Shown one piece after another: positions 17,403-25,758 of a DNA stretch of 25,780 bases. Made by a program: the position numbers and the translations under genes. Below the pieces are notes generated by a model, which searched no databases, was not told the DNA's origin, and worked only from the letters and a program-made list of their open reading frames with translations. Origin of the DNA: Nitrososphaerota archaeon. GTDB taxonomy: Archaea > Thermoproteota > Nitrososphaeria > Nitrososphaerales > UBA57. Location of the stretch: assembly GCA_013378385.1 (NCBI GenBank), contig JACAFS010000008.1, positions 1-25,780 of the forward strand, given 5' to 3'. Each line of letters starts with the position of its first letter. Within the stretch, counting starts at the first letter, position 1.

Positions 17403-17672
17403 CTAGGATATAATTTCGAATAGAGAGTATTCTTCCCGGTCTTCACTATAAGTTACTACAACATCTGACACTTTACTCCAAGGAGTTCCTCTACGAGTTA
17501 TTTCAATCAATTTATCTAGATTCTCTTGAGAGCCTGAAAGTAAAGCTTCTACACTGCCGTCGTCGAGATTTTTCACCCATCCAGTAATATTATTTTTAAT
17601 AGCGCGATTTCGTACAAATGCGCGAAATCCCACGCCTTGAACGTTACCAGTTATAATTAGACGTGCATTCAT
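17403..17672 (-). CDS. acyP: Acylphosphatase
   Basis: GNVQGVGFRAFV and GWVKNLDDGSVE signatures; 89 aa. Confidence 0.9.
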   Translation of the reverse strand: MNARLIITGNVQGVGFRAFVRNRAIKNNITGWVKNLDDGSVEALLSGSQENLDKLIEITRRGTPWSKVSDVVVTYSEDREEYSLFEIIS

Positions 17673-17739
17673 AGTTATCGAATAATATACATCGGTAACG
17701 ATTATAAAAGCTGTTTATACAATGTAAATTGACTATGCT

Positions 17740-18912
17740 TTGGATATTAAATCAAAGATAAAAGAAGAAGACATAACAAATCTTGCACAGAAATTAATAA
17801 GAATTCCAAGTGATGAGATTGCAGGAGAACAAGAAGTTTGTGAATATTTGTCAGATATTTTAAAATCATTAGGTATGAAAGTGAGATTACAAGAAGTTCT
17901 GCCAAAGAGACCAAATATAATTGCAGAAGTATTTGGGGGCAACAATGGAAAATCAATTATGTTTAATGGGCATATAGATACAGTTCCAATAGGAAACATA
18001 GAGAAATGGAATACAGATCCGTATAAAGCCATAATAAAAGATAACAAATTATTTGGAAGAGGTGCTACTGACATGAAGGGTTCTATTGCGTCGATGATAA
18101 TAGCAATAAAATATATCATGAATAATGTAGAAAATTTCAATGGAAAAATTATATTTACAGGAGTAATGGCAGAAGAGACGACCGGTTTAGGAACACAAAA
18201 AGTAGTAGAAGAGAAGATAAAAACAGATATGGCAATAGTTGGAGAACCTTCAGACGAAAAGATTTATCGAGCGCATAAAGGGACTTTATGGTTCAATATT
18301 TTTACATATGGGAAATTAGAACATTCAAGTGAATCAGATACAGAATCAAATAATGCAATAATTAACATGATGAAACTGATTGAGGAAATTAATAAGATTA
18401 GTAAAGAATTGGAGGGGAAAAATAACAGTTTAGTTGGTCATCCATCTATTAATGTTGGGTTGATTGAAGGAGGTACTAAACAAAACATGATTGCAGATTC
18501 ATGTAAAGTTTCGATAGATAGAAGAATATTGCCAGAAGAAGAACCCAACGAGATACTAGATGAATTAAGAGTAAGATTCGATAACCTTCGTCTAATAGAT
18601 AACAGATTGAAATTCAATATAGAAAAAGATACAGTTAGAGAGGCGGTAGAAGTTTCAGAATCAGAACCCATTGTGCAAGAAGTAAAGAGAGCTGTAAATA
18701 AAATATTAAATATAAATCCAATAGTATCAGGAATGAAAGCAACTACAGATATGTCTATATTAGTCAATCAAGGAAATATTCCATCAGTAATTTATGGACC
18801 GGGATTTATCAAACAAGCTCATACAATTGATGAATTTATCGAAGTAGAAAGACTAGTTGAATCATCGCAAGTATATGCGGAAGTATTGTTGAACATATTG
18901 ACAAATAATTGA
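17740..18912 (+). CDS. M20 family metallopeptidase (ArgE/DapE/LysK-type deacylase)
   Basis: NGHIDTVP, GRGATDMKG and MAEETTG metal-binding motifs. TTG start. Confidence 0.85.
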   Translation: MDIKSKIKEEDITNLAQKLIRIPSDEIAGEQEVCEYLSDILKSLGMKVRLQEVLPKRPNIIAEVFGGNNGKSIMFNGHIDTVPIGNIEKWNTDPYKAIIKDNKLFGRGATDMKGSIASMIIAIKYIMNNVENFNGKIIFTGVMAEETTGLGTQKVVEEKIKTDMAIVGEPSDEKIYRAHKGTLWFNIFTYGKLEHSSESDTESNNAIINMMKLIEEINKISKELEGKNNSLVGHPSINVGLIEGGTKQNMIADSCKVSIDRRILPEEEPNEILDELRVRFDNLRLIDNRLKFNIEKDTVREAVEVSESEPIVQEVKRAVNKILNINPIVSGMKATTDMSILVNQGNIPSVIYGPGFIKQAHTIDEFIEVERLVESSQVYAEVLLNILTNN

Positions 18913-18973
18913 TTTTTCATGCAACTTTAAATCAATCTTAGTACTTTTTTATTGTAGGCCGTCTGTACACGTG

Positions 18974-19076
18974 GCCGATTATTAGTCAATTCGTGGTGTA
19001 GTTGGTAGCATAGGACCCTGTGGGTCAAGAAAAGCAGATAGGTTCAGGTCGTGGGTTCGAAACCCACCGGCGGCCT
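18974..19076 (+). tRNA. tRNA-His (anticodon GTG at 19021..19023) with encoded G-1, an acceptor-stem intron (18979..18991) and a canonical 37/38 intron (19025..19040)
   Basis: The spliced form is 74 nt:
- G-1, with acceptor GCCG|TCG pairing to CGGCGGC (U5-G68 wobble).
- TG, then D arm GTGT-AGTTGGTA-GCAT.
- Anticodon arm GGACC-CTGTGGA-GGTTC.
- Variable loop AGGTC.
- T arm GTGGG-TTCGAAA-CCCAC, with C73.
G-1 opposite C73 together with GUG is the His identity set. Both introns have clean BHB geometry (see findings). Confidence 0.82.
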
Positions 19077-19120
19077 TCAATAACGAGGAATTAAAAACAA
19101 TAGAGATATTTATCAGAAGT

Positions 19121-19462
19121 ATGAGGAAAGAGATTTTCTTTGGATTACTGATATTATCTATATCATTAGTAATTGTATTTGTAAATTTAGAAGTGATAAT
19201 AATTAATAGATTTGATTATCAGCCTGAAGAGATCACTATAGCTAAAGGTACAACTGTTTATTGGATTAATATGGATTTAGAGGGTCATAATATTACATCT
19301 GACGCAGGGCAAAATATAGAGAAGAATTTAACGGTACAGATAGATTTATCAGAAGATGTTAATACATTGGGAATTAGTTCCCATAAATTTAATGAAAAGG
19401 GAGAATTTCATTATTATTGTACGTTACATCCATACATGAAAGGTACAATATCAGTAAACTAA
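19121..19462 (+). CDS. Membrane-anchored type-1 (blue) copper protein, plastocyanin/amicyanin-like
   Basis: N-terminal TM helix, with copper ligands GHNI ... YYCTLHPYMKG (C-x2-H-x2-M). Confidence 0.85.
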   Translation: MRKEIFFGLLILSISLVIVFVNLEVIIINRFDYQPEEITIAKGTTVYWINMDLEGHNITSDAGQNIEKNLTVQIDLSEDVNTLGISSHKFNEKGEFHYYCTLHPYMKGTISVN

Positions 19463-19519
19463 TCAACATTAATTAAGAAAATATTTTTAATAATATGGTT
19501 TTTACTAGATATTTGTGTG

Positions 19520-19618
19520 ATGTCCGTTGCATCGACGGGCAATCTGGACTCATTTGAGGATGAAGAATCATGCGGGCATCGTACAATCAATAATAAGTGT
19601 GAAAAGATGGATTTTTAG
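19520..19618 (+). other. GC-rich island: candidate 32-codon small ORF (MSVASTGNLDSFEDEESCGHRTINNKCEKMDF) or structured 5' leader/ncRNA upstream of the CorA-like gene
   Basis: About 50% G+C by hand count over roughly 70 nt, in otherwise very AT-rich spacer. Hairpin GTCCGT-TGCATCG-ACGGGC at 19522..19540. TATA-like TTTTTAATAATAT at 19484..19496, about 27 nt upstream of the ATG. The ORF is too short to appear in the supplied track. Confidence 0.25.
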
Positions 19619-19666
19619 AGTTAATAATATAATGTATAGTACTTTTTAATTAAGCAGGGGATATCG

Positions 19667-20680
19667 ATGATAAAAAATCTGAAGCTGGCTGCAATATCAA
19701 AAGACGGAACGCCAGTTAAAGACACAATAGAAAATATCAGCGATATTAAGTCAAATATTGAAGAATATTCTTTATCATGGTTAGAATGCGTAGTAGATGA
19801 TGTAAAAACAGGTTCAAAGGAGATTGCAAAAGAATTAGGAATATCATTAGAACCGGCGTCGGTAATGGGAGGATATTATTCAAACTATGAAGATGCAGGA
19901 GAAGTATTAGGAATTACTGTTCCGTTAATCAAGTTTTCTGGAGGCAATGTGAATTCTCTATCAGTTTTAATCTATATTGCAAAAGACAAGATAATCTCGA
20001 TACACGATGAGGAAGCCGAGAAATTACTTCGTCTTTCTGGGTTTGCTGAAGGAATAATGAAAAAGCTTCCAAATAGTAAAGAATTATGGGCAGATAGACA
20101 GACTATATTATTTGCTAGAATTATTGATGAAATTTCAGAAAGAAATTATGACACATTAAGATTGATTGTAGAAAAAGCCCAAACACTGGAAATTGAAATG
20201 ACTGATGAGAGGACGATGAGTGAGGACATTACTGAAGAGATGTCGAATATAAAGAGATCAATAATTACATTCTTAACAGCTGTATGGGCAACACATACAA
20301 CCGTACATTCATTAAGATATGGTGATCCAGAGATGTTAAGTGATAAAGATGAAATTTTATCTAGGTTTGATATAATATTAGCAGATTTAGATAGACAGAT
20401 TCAATTAGCAGAACAAGTACTTCAAGTTCTAGCAACTGGTGTAAATGTTATTCAAACAAATATAACAAATCGTCTTTCCACAATAATTCTTTGGTTAACA
20501 GTAATGGGGACAGCTGTATTGGTTCCGAATACATTAGCAACAGTCTTCGCGATAATTCCTAATCCTTCTTCAATGTTTAAAGAATTATTGAGTATATTAT
20601 TGATTTCAACATTGTTAGCTTCAGCAATTGCTTATTTGGGTGCAAAAAGGGTTTTAGGGTCGAAAAGGCGGAAAAAATAG
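19667..20680 (+). CDS. CorA-superfamily divalent-cation transporter-like protein lacking the GMN motif
   Basis: Large soluble N-terminal domain plus two C-terminal TM helices. The region WLTVMGTAVLVPNTLATVFAII aligns to the CorA LT...F.P.T...G.YGMNF stretch, but YGMN is replaced by FAII. Confidence 0.7.
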   Translation: MIKNLKLAAISKDGTPVKDTIENISDIKSNIEEYSLSWLECVVDDVKTGSKEIAKELGISLEPASVMGGYYSNYEDAGEVLGITVPLIKFSGGNVNSLSVLIYIAKDKIISIHDEEAEKLLRLSGFAEGIMKKLPNSKELWADRQTILFARIIDEISERNYDTLRLIVEKAQTLEIEMTDERTMSEDITEEMSNIKRSIITFLTAVWATHTTVHSLRYGDPEMLSDKDEILSRFDIILADLDRQIQLAEQVLQVLATGVNVIQTNITNRLSTIILWLTVMGTAVLVPNTLATVFAIIPNPSSMFKELLSILLISTLLASAIAYLGAKRVLGSKRRKK

Positions 20681-20717
20681 ACAAGATTCATTAGGAATTA
20701 TACACAATAGATGATAG

Positions 20718-22397
20718 ATGTCAAATACTGGTGAACAGGAGAGAATCTGGTTAGACAAATATCCAGAAGGATTAAAATTCAACATAGATGTACCAGATAT
20801 AACTTTTGGAGATTATATAGATAATATTTGCAAGAAATATTCTAAAGAGATAGCATATGAATATAATGGGAAAACTTTTACGTATAATGAGATTAATGAA
20901 CTTTCAAATAAGTTTGCAAATGGGTTAATAAAATTAGGTGTAAAAAAAGGGGACCGTGTTGCACTTTTATTACCAAATATTCCACAATTTCCAATTGTAT
21001 TGTACGGAATTTTAAAGGCCGGCGCAATTGCAGTTGGAACTAATTTCCTTTATACGCCAGCAGAAATTGAATCACAATTACTTGATGCAAAACCAAGGGT
21101 TGTTATTGCTTGCACAGATTTAATAAAAAAACCGATAGTGAGAGATTTATATCAAGGATTCCACGAGAATAGAGGAAATCTCAATATTGAAAAAGTAATT
21201 ACTACAAGTGTTACGGAATTTCTACCAGGCATAAAAAAACGTTTAGCGTTTGTTAAAGTTAAAAAAAGAAAATTCAATGATACAATTGATTTTATGGAAG
21301 TATTGAATTCTGGTGATACTACACGACCAGAAAGTACATCTATATCCGAAGATGTTGCAGCACTTCAATATACTGGAGGAACAACTGGAAAATCTAAAGG
21401 TGCAATGTTAACACATAAAAATATCATAACCGATGTGGAAATGGTTTGCGAATGGGTGAGATTAAGAGAAAATAATGACACTGCATTAATAGTACTGCCG
21501 TTATTTCATATATTCGGTTTTATTGGCCAGATGATAATGATGAGATCTGGTGGCAAAGTTGTTTTACTTCCTAGCTTTGAAGAAAAACAGGTTTTAAAAA
21601 CAATTGAAAAAAGTAAGATTACAATATTCCCAGGCGTTACTACCATGTTTACAAGATTAATTGATCATCCAAATATGAAAAAATCAGAATTATCGTCACT
21701 TAGAATTTCTTTTGCGGCTGCGATGGCATTACCAGATGCAGTAGTAAAACAATTTGTTGAGAAATCAAAGTCACCACTAGTGGAATTATATGGATTAAGT
21801 GAGACTACTGGAGCAGTAACTTTCAACCCAGTTCATGACATGAATCTAGCAAAAGTTGGATCAATAGGTGTTCCATTGCCAATGTGTGATGTGGCAATAG
21901 TGAATAGTGAGAACCATAATGAGTTTTGTGAAGTAAATGAAATTGGTGAAATAGCGGTAAAAGGTCCAATTGTAATGAAAGGATATTGGGAAAATAAGAA
22001 AGCTACAGATGATATGATCAAAAATGATTGGCTGTTAACAGGTGATATTGGAAAGATGGATGAAGAAGGTTATTTTTATATTGTTGATCGCAAAAAGGAT
22101 ATGATCAAAGTAGCGGGATTTAACGTTTATCCAAGGGATGTTGAAGATGTACTTTATGAAAATGAAAATGTACTAGAAGCAGCAGCTGTAGGAATGAAGA
22201 ATAAAGATTTATCTGAATATATCAAAGCATTTGTAGTTTTCAAAGAAGGAAAAACTTCAAGTGAAGAAGAATTAATTGAATTCTGTAGAACAAAATTAAC
22301 AGGATATAAAGTTCCTAAAGAGATAGAATTTAGAGACGAACTGCCAAAAAGTTTGATTGGGAAAATTCTACGAAGAGAATTAAAAAATAATCAATGA
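20718..22397 (+). CDS. AMP-forming acyl-CoA synthetase (long/medium-chain fatty-acid-CoA ligase family)
   Basis: AMP-binding signature YTGGTTGKSKGAMLTH, plus YGLSETTG, TGDIG and the C-terminal GKILRRELK. Confidence 0.9.
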   Translation: MSNTGEQERIWLDKYPEGLKFNIDVPDITFGDYIDNICKKYSKEIAYEYNGKTFTYNEINELSNKFANGLIKLGVKKGDRVALLLPNIPQFPIVLYGILKAGAIAVGTNFLYTPAEIESQLLDAKPRVVIACTDLIKKPIVRDLYQGFHENRGNLNIEKVITTSVTEFLPGIKKRLAFVKVKKRKFNDTIDFMEVLNSGDTTRPESTSISEDVAALQYTGGTTGKSKGAMLTHKNIITDVEMVCEWVRLRENNDTALIVLPLFHIFGFIGQMIMMRSGGKVVLLPSFEEKQVLKTIEKSKITIFPGVTTMFTRLIDHPNMKKSELSSLRISFAAAMALPDAVVKQFVEKSKSPLVELYGLSETTGAVTFNPVHDMNLAKVGSIGVPLPMCDVAIVNSENHNEFCEVNEIGEIAVKGPIVMKGYWENKKATDDMIKNDWLLTGDIGKMDEEGYFYIVDRKKDMIKVAGFNVYPRDVEDVLYENENVLEAAAVGMKNKDLSEYIKAFVVFKEGKTSSEEELIEFCRTKLTGYKVPKEIEFRDELPKSLIGKILRRELKNNQ

Positions 22398-22403
22398 TAT
22401 AGA

Positions 22404-23861
22404 TTAAGAGAACCTATTGTAGGCGTCATTAAGAAGTAAATCTAATTTATTTTTCCATTCAGGAAAACCTTCTGGAGATTCAGGATAAGCTTGACTGTGT
22501 CGAACAAGTTCGTTACTTTTTTTTGCAGTATAACGTAATTCTTTTGCAAGACTCCAATGTGTGAGTATTTTAAAGAGCATAAGAGGATTAAACATATTTA
22601 CTTTATCAAAACTTGGGTGTTCTCTGGAAGTAATTTTTTCTACATCATCTGCAGAGAGAAAATGTTTCATTCCATAACTGATTTTTTCATTTAATACTAT
22701 TTGTAAGAATCTACGAAGTATTTCAAAGCTAGCCATCTGATAACCATAATTTCGTACGTATTCAGTATTATAATTCCATAAACTACTTTGACTATAGTCT
22801 TTTGCCTGTAATGCATTAGCAATAGTTTTACCAGCAATAACACTTGCAAATATTCCAGGTCCTATTCCACCAGCGTCTATTGGTCTAGGTAACCAAGCAG
22901 CGTCTCCAACTATTACATAGCCATTTTCCACCATACAATCATTTTGTCTTCTTACTGGAACTTGCCAGTTTCCTCGTGAATTTCCTGAATCGCCATCGTC
23001 TGAAGATAATCTATAGTTCTTAATTGACGTATTTGAGCTAATGTAATCGTCAATTAAACTTTGAAGAGTGTCGTTTTTACCTAATCGCTGATTACGTGTA
23101 ACAAGTCTTTTTTTCTGAACGCCGAGTCCGATATTAACTTTATTTTTTGATTTTGGGAATACCCAAGCATAACCACCTGGGGCAATATCCTGATTAAGAT
23201 GTATTATACAATAATCATCGTCAAAAAGTGATGTATCAGTTTCACCTCTGTCAAATTCTAGTATATATCTACCAGTAGTTTCCATATCATTCTCACGATC
23301 AATTTGTTTCTCCATGAAAGAATTCTCAATAGGAAGGTTTTGTCGGAGTTTAGAAGCAGAACCTGTAGCATCTACAACAATTTTTGCAGTAAGTGTTTTT
23401 CTTTGTTTATCTTTGTCGAGAATTTCCACTCCGGTGATAAAACCATTTTCTAATACTAATTTATCAGATTCAGTTTCAAAGGAAAATTCAACACCTAATT
23501 TTTTGGCATCTTCAACTTGACGTAATCCCAATAATTTACGATTAAGAACATAACCTTCTCCGTCAAATGAAACTTTAGTCTTACGATCAGGGGCGAAAGC
23601 AATTACTCCTTTGACTTTATGTTCTAACTCAGGATAATCATATGTAATTCCAACTTCTTTTGAATAGAAATCAATACTGCGTTTACTTACTGCATCTCCG
23701 CAGGTCCAGCCAGAAATATTCTTTCGTGCAGGATTAATTTCTTCATTACGGTCAATAACAAGAATTTTCATAGTCTGGTTAGTATACTTGGCTATTGTTG
23801 TAGCAGTGATTAGACCTGTCATTCCACCACCGGCAACAATTACATCATAATCTCTTGGCAA
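22404..23861 (-). CDS. FAD-dependent geranylgeranyl reductase family oxidoreductase
   Basis: N-terminal YDVIVAGGGMTGL dinucleotide fold and VVDATGSAS, with a GDAA-type motif (VGDAAWLPRPIDAGGIG). It is longer (485 aa) than typical archaeal GGRs. TTG start. Confidence 0.8.
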   Translation of the reverse strand: MPRDYDVIVAGGGMTGLITATTIAKYTNQTMKILVIDRNEEINPARKNISGWTCGDAVSKRSIDFYSKEVGITYDYPELEHKVKGVIAFAPDRKTKVSFDGEGYVLNRKLLGLRQVEDAKKLGVEFSFETESDKLVLENGFITGVEILDKDKQRKTLTAKIVVDATGSASKLRQNLPIENSFMEKQIDRENDMETTGRYILEFDRGETDTSLFDDDYCIIHLNQDIAPGGYAWVFPKSKNKVNIGLGVQKKRLVTRNQRLGKNDTLQSLIDDYISSNTSIKNYRLSSDDGDSGNSRGNWQVPVRRQNDCMVENGYVIVGDAAWLPRPIDAGGIGPGIFASVIAGKTIANALQAKDYSQSSLWNYNTEYVRNYGYQMASFEILRRFLQIVLNEKISYGMKHFLSADDVEKITSREHPSFDKVNMFNPLMLFKILTHWSLAKELRYTAKKSNELVRHSQAYPESPEGFPEWKNKLDLLLNDAYNRFS

Positions 23862-23899
23862 CTATTAATCAAATTATTCTACTTGGAACGATTACTTAA

Positions 23900-23920
23900 A
23901 TTTCTCGTTTTGTGAGAAAT
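23900..23920. other. 7-bp inverted repeat ATTTCTC-GTTTTGT-GAGAAAT between the 461-aa gene stop and the reductase start
   Basis: Exact stem with a 7-nt loop in a 75-nt same-strand intergenic gap. It could be a terminator hairpin or an operator. No adjacent T-run on the minus strand. Confidence 0.3.
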
Positions 23921-23936
23921 ATATTCAGAATTCGAG

Positions 23937-25322
23937 TTATACGCTAAGTCCGCTTTCTTTTAAGCGAAGAATAGGTCTTACAATGCCTTCATATTCAAGT
24001 TCTTCGAGTAACATTATTCCGGTTAGGTTATCGAAATATCTTCTAACTAGACCTCCATCACCAACGGATTCTATGATTATAACGTCAAATATTTCCCCAT
24101 TGTATTCGAATTCACGAAAATCAATGATACGAAATGCTGAAACGTCGAGGCCCAATCCAATGTCTTCGTAAGCAGGGAATAGATAATCACCGATGGAGAC
24201 ATCTGATCGAATAAGAAATTCATAAGATTTTCCAAGAAGATAAGGAGTATCTTGGAAATTTTGATCAAATGATGAAGTATGCGAGTCTTTGATGATTAAA
24301 CAATTTAGATCTACAACTCTCCATCGCATTACTTCCCATTTATCATTAAAGAAACTTCTACTCTCAGTAATATTAACAAAAGAACCTTCTAGCATAGAGA
24401 ATTGTAATTTCCAGTAAAAATTATCATGTTCATAAATTACAAATGAATTAAATTCAAAAGGCATTTCTCGTGAGATAGATTCAACAGAATAATTATTAAA
24501 ATTAATATTTGTTTCAATTACATTAATTATATTAATTGATTGTTGATCAATTAAATTCTCTCCCTCATATGTAGAACTTTGTTCATTAATTTGTAGAAGA
24601 ATACCAGTATTTTTATCATAATAAGATGTTACAATACTTTCAGATCTATTATTTTGATTATCTATAACAGAGACCCCTTGGACAACAAGGGTATTGATAT
24701 TTTCATTGTCAAACAACATAGAATCTTCGGAGACTACTTTAAGTTCAATATCTCCGAGACTTGTAATTGTATCACCTATGTCATAATACATAGGCAGCCA
24801 GAATAATGGAACGTTTCCTATAATTTCTACGTCAGGGCCAGCTATTATTGCACGAGATTCCAAATCAGCAATGAACCAAGTGGAATTAATATTCGTGACA
24901 CTTAGTGTGATATTAACTTCGTTTCCAGATGTTTCGCCAAAGACCACAGAGAGCTGTTCCAATCCAATTATATCGTAAATCACGTAGGCGTCAGGTTCTG
25001 GAGAGAAATTCGATTTTGGACAAGCAAAAGTGTTGGATATATTAATATCTATATCAGGTTCGGAGAGTTCATTTTTAATAATTGGATCAGAATCCTCAAC
25101 CAGAACAACTTCATCTTCGACAATTGGCTCGGGTTGAACAGGTATAGATGTATTAGATTGTTCAGAGACTACAGGAATTTCTTGGTTTATAGGTTGTAAT
25201 AATGAAGGAACAGATTCTATCTCGTTATTGTCTTCTTGAAATAAAGTAGATTGAGAGAAGAAATATACCGCAAATAACCCGAGAACAATAAATAAAACTA
25301 TAATGATTTGATTTTCCTTCAT
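23937..25322 (-). CDS. Signal-anchored extracellular protein of unknown function with an internal domain duplication
   Basis: N-terminal hydrophobic segment IIIVLFIVLGLFAVYFF, then an acidic/Pro linker (PVQPEPIVEDEVV). Two Asn-rich domains follow, ending in the related motifs YYDKNTGILLQINEQSSTYEG and YFDNLTGIMLLEELEYEG. Confidence 0.65.
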   Translation of the reverse strand: MKENQIIIVLFIVLGLFAVYFFSQSTLFQEDNNEIESVPSLLQPINQEIPVVSEQSNTSIPVQPEPIVEDEVVLVEDSDPIIKNELSEPDIDINISNTFACPKSNFSPEPDAYVIYDIIGLEQLSVVFGETSGNEVNITLSVTNINSTWFIADLESRAIIAGPDVEIIGNVPLFWLPMYYDIGDTITSLGDIELKVVSEDSMLFDNENINTLVVQGVSVIDNQNNRSESIVTSYYDKNTGILLQINEQSSTYEGENLIDQQSINIINVIETNINFNNYSVESISREMPFEFNSFVIYEHDNFYWKLQFSMLEGSFVNITESRSFFNDKWEVMRWRVVDLNCLIIKDSHTSSFDQNFQDTPYLLGKSYEFLIRSDVSIGDYLFPAYEDIGLGLDVSAFRIIDFREFEYNGEIFDVIIIESVGDGGLVRRYFDNLTGIMLLEELEYEGIVRPILRLKESGLSV

Positions 25323-25410
25323 TTAATCAATTTCATAATACATTAATATTTTATATAACTTCTAGAATACGTTAAAATATATCTAATTCTTTATATTATC
25401 ACAGTTTAGA

Positions 25411-25758
25411 TTGATTGAAGAAAAGAATGAGATAAATGAAGAGAAAAAAGAACAAATAGAAGATTCAAATGAAGTTGTTGAATCTGATGAAAAAAAGAAA
25501 GTAAAGAAAGTAAAACCTAAAAAATTAAACAAAAAGAAAGATAATAAATTCCCTAGAGAAGACAGGAATGAAGCAATCACAAGAGAAGGAATTAATCCAA
25601 GGCAATTTTCAGAAGCGTGGACCTCATGTAGTAGATGTAGAGAACAAATTCTTTCATTTGGCGAGTCAACGCATTTCATTAATGGGTATCAATATTGTGA
25701 AAAATGCTACGAATATGTAAAAGATGACTATTTAAAACAAGAAGCTGTCACAGAATAG
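25411..25758 (+). CDS. Small Lys/Glu-rich protein with C-terminal zinc ribbon (CSRC-x19-CEKC)
   Basis: The charged N-terminal half is followed by a CxxC...CxxC module. I preferred it over the antisense low-complexity ORF 25383..25679. The TTG start is uncertain because there is no in-frame ATG. Confidence 0.55.
   Translation: MIEEKNEINEEKKEQIEDSNEVVESDEKKKVKKVKPKKLNKKKDNKFPREDRNEAITREGINPRQFSEAWTSCSRCREQILSFGESTHFINGYQYCEKCYEYVKDDYLKQEAVTE

Noticed and set aside
18958-18994. Three-intron parse of tRNA-His using the upstream GCCG (18959-62) plus CCG (18976-78), and a one-intron 29-nt variant
   Set aside because: Neither gives BHB-compatible splice sites. Starting the tRNA at G-1 = 18974 with a single 13-nt acceptor intron gives a full helix-bulge-helix-bulge-helix motif and needs fewer assumptions. 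The upstream GGCCG is then leader sequence.
19517-19600. C/D box sRNA, suggested by GTGATGT and GGATGAA resembling C and C' boxes
   Set aside because: No CUGA D or D' box at the required spacing on either strand, and no terminal stem, so the box architecture is not met.
444-25411. Apparent excess of TTG/GTG start codons (444, 2480, 9144, 9816, 12315, 13820, 17740, 23861, 25411, 11420) as a possible genetic-code or initiation peculiarity
   Set aside because: The track reports the longest ORF and allows alternative starts. In several cases an ATG lies a few codons downstream (9828, 12297). Without N-terminal data this is most simply an ORF-calling artefact, not biology.
25383-25679. Minus-strand 98-aa ORF overlapping the last gene
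   Set aside because: Its Phe/Ser-rich low-complexity sequence is simply the antisense of the Lys/Glu-rich coding strand. The plus-strand frame carries an ordered Cys4 ribbon.
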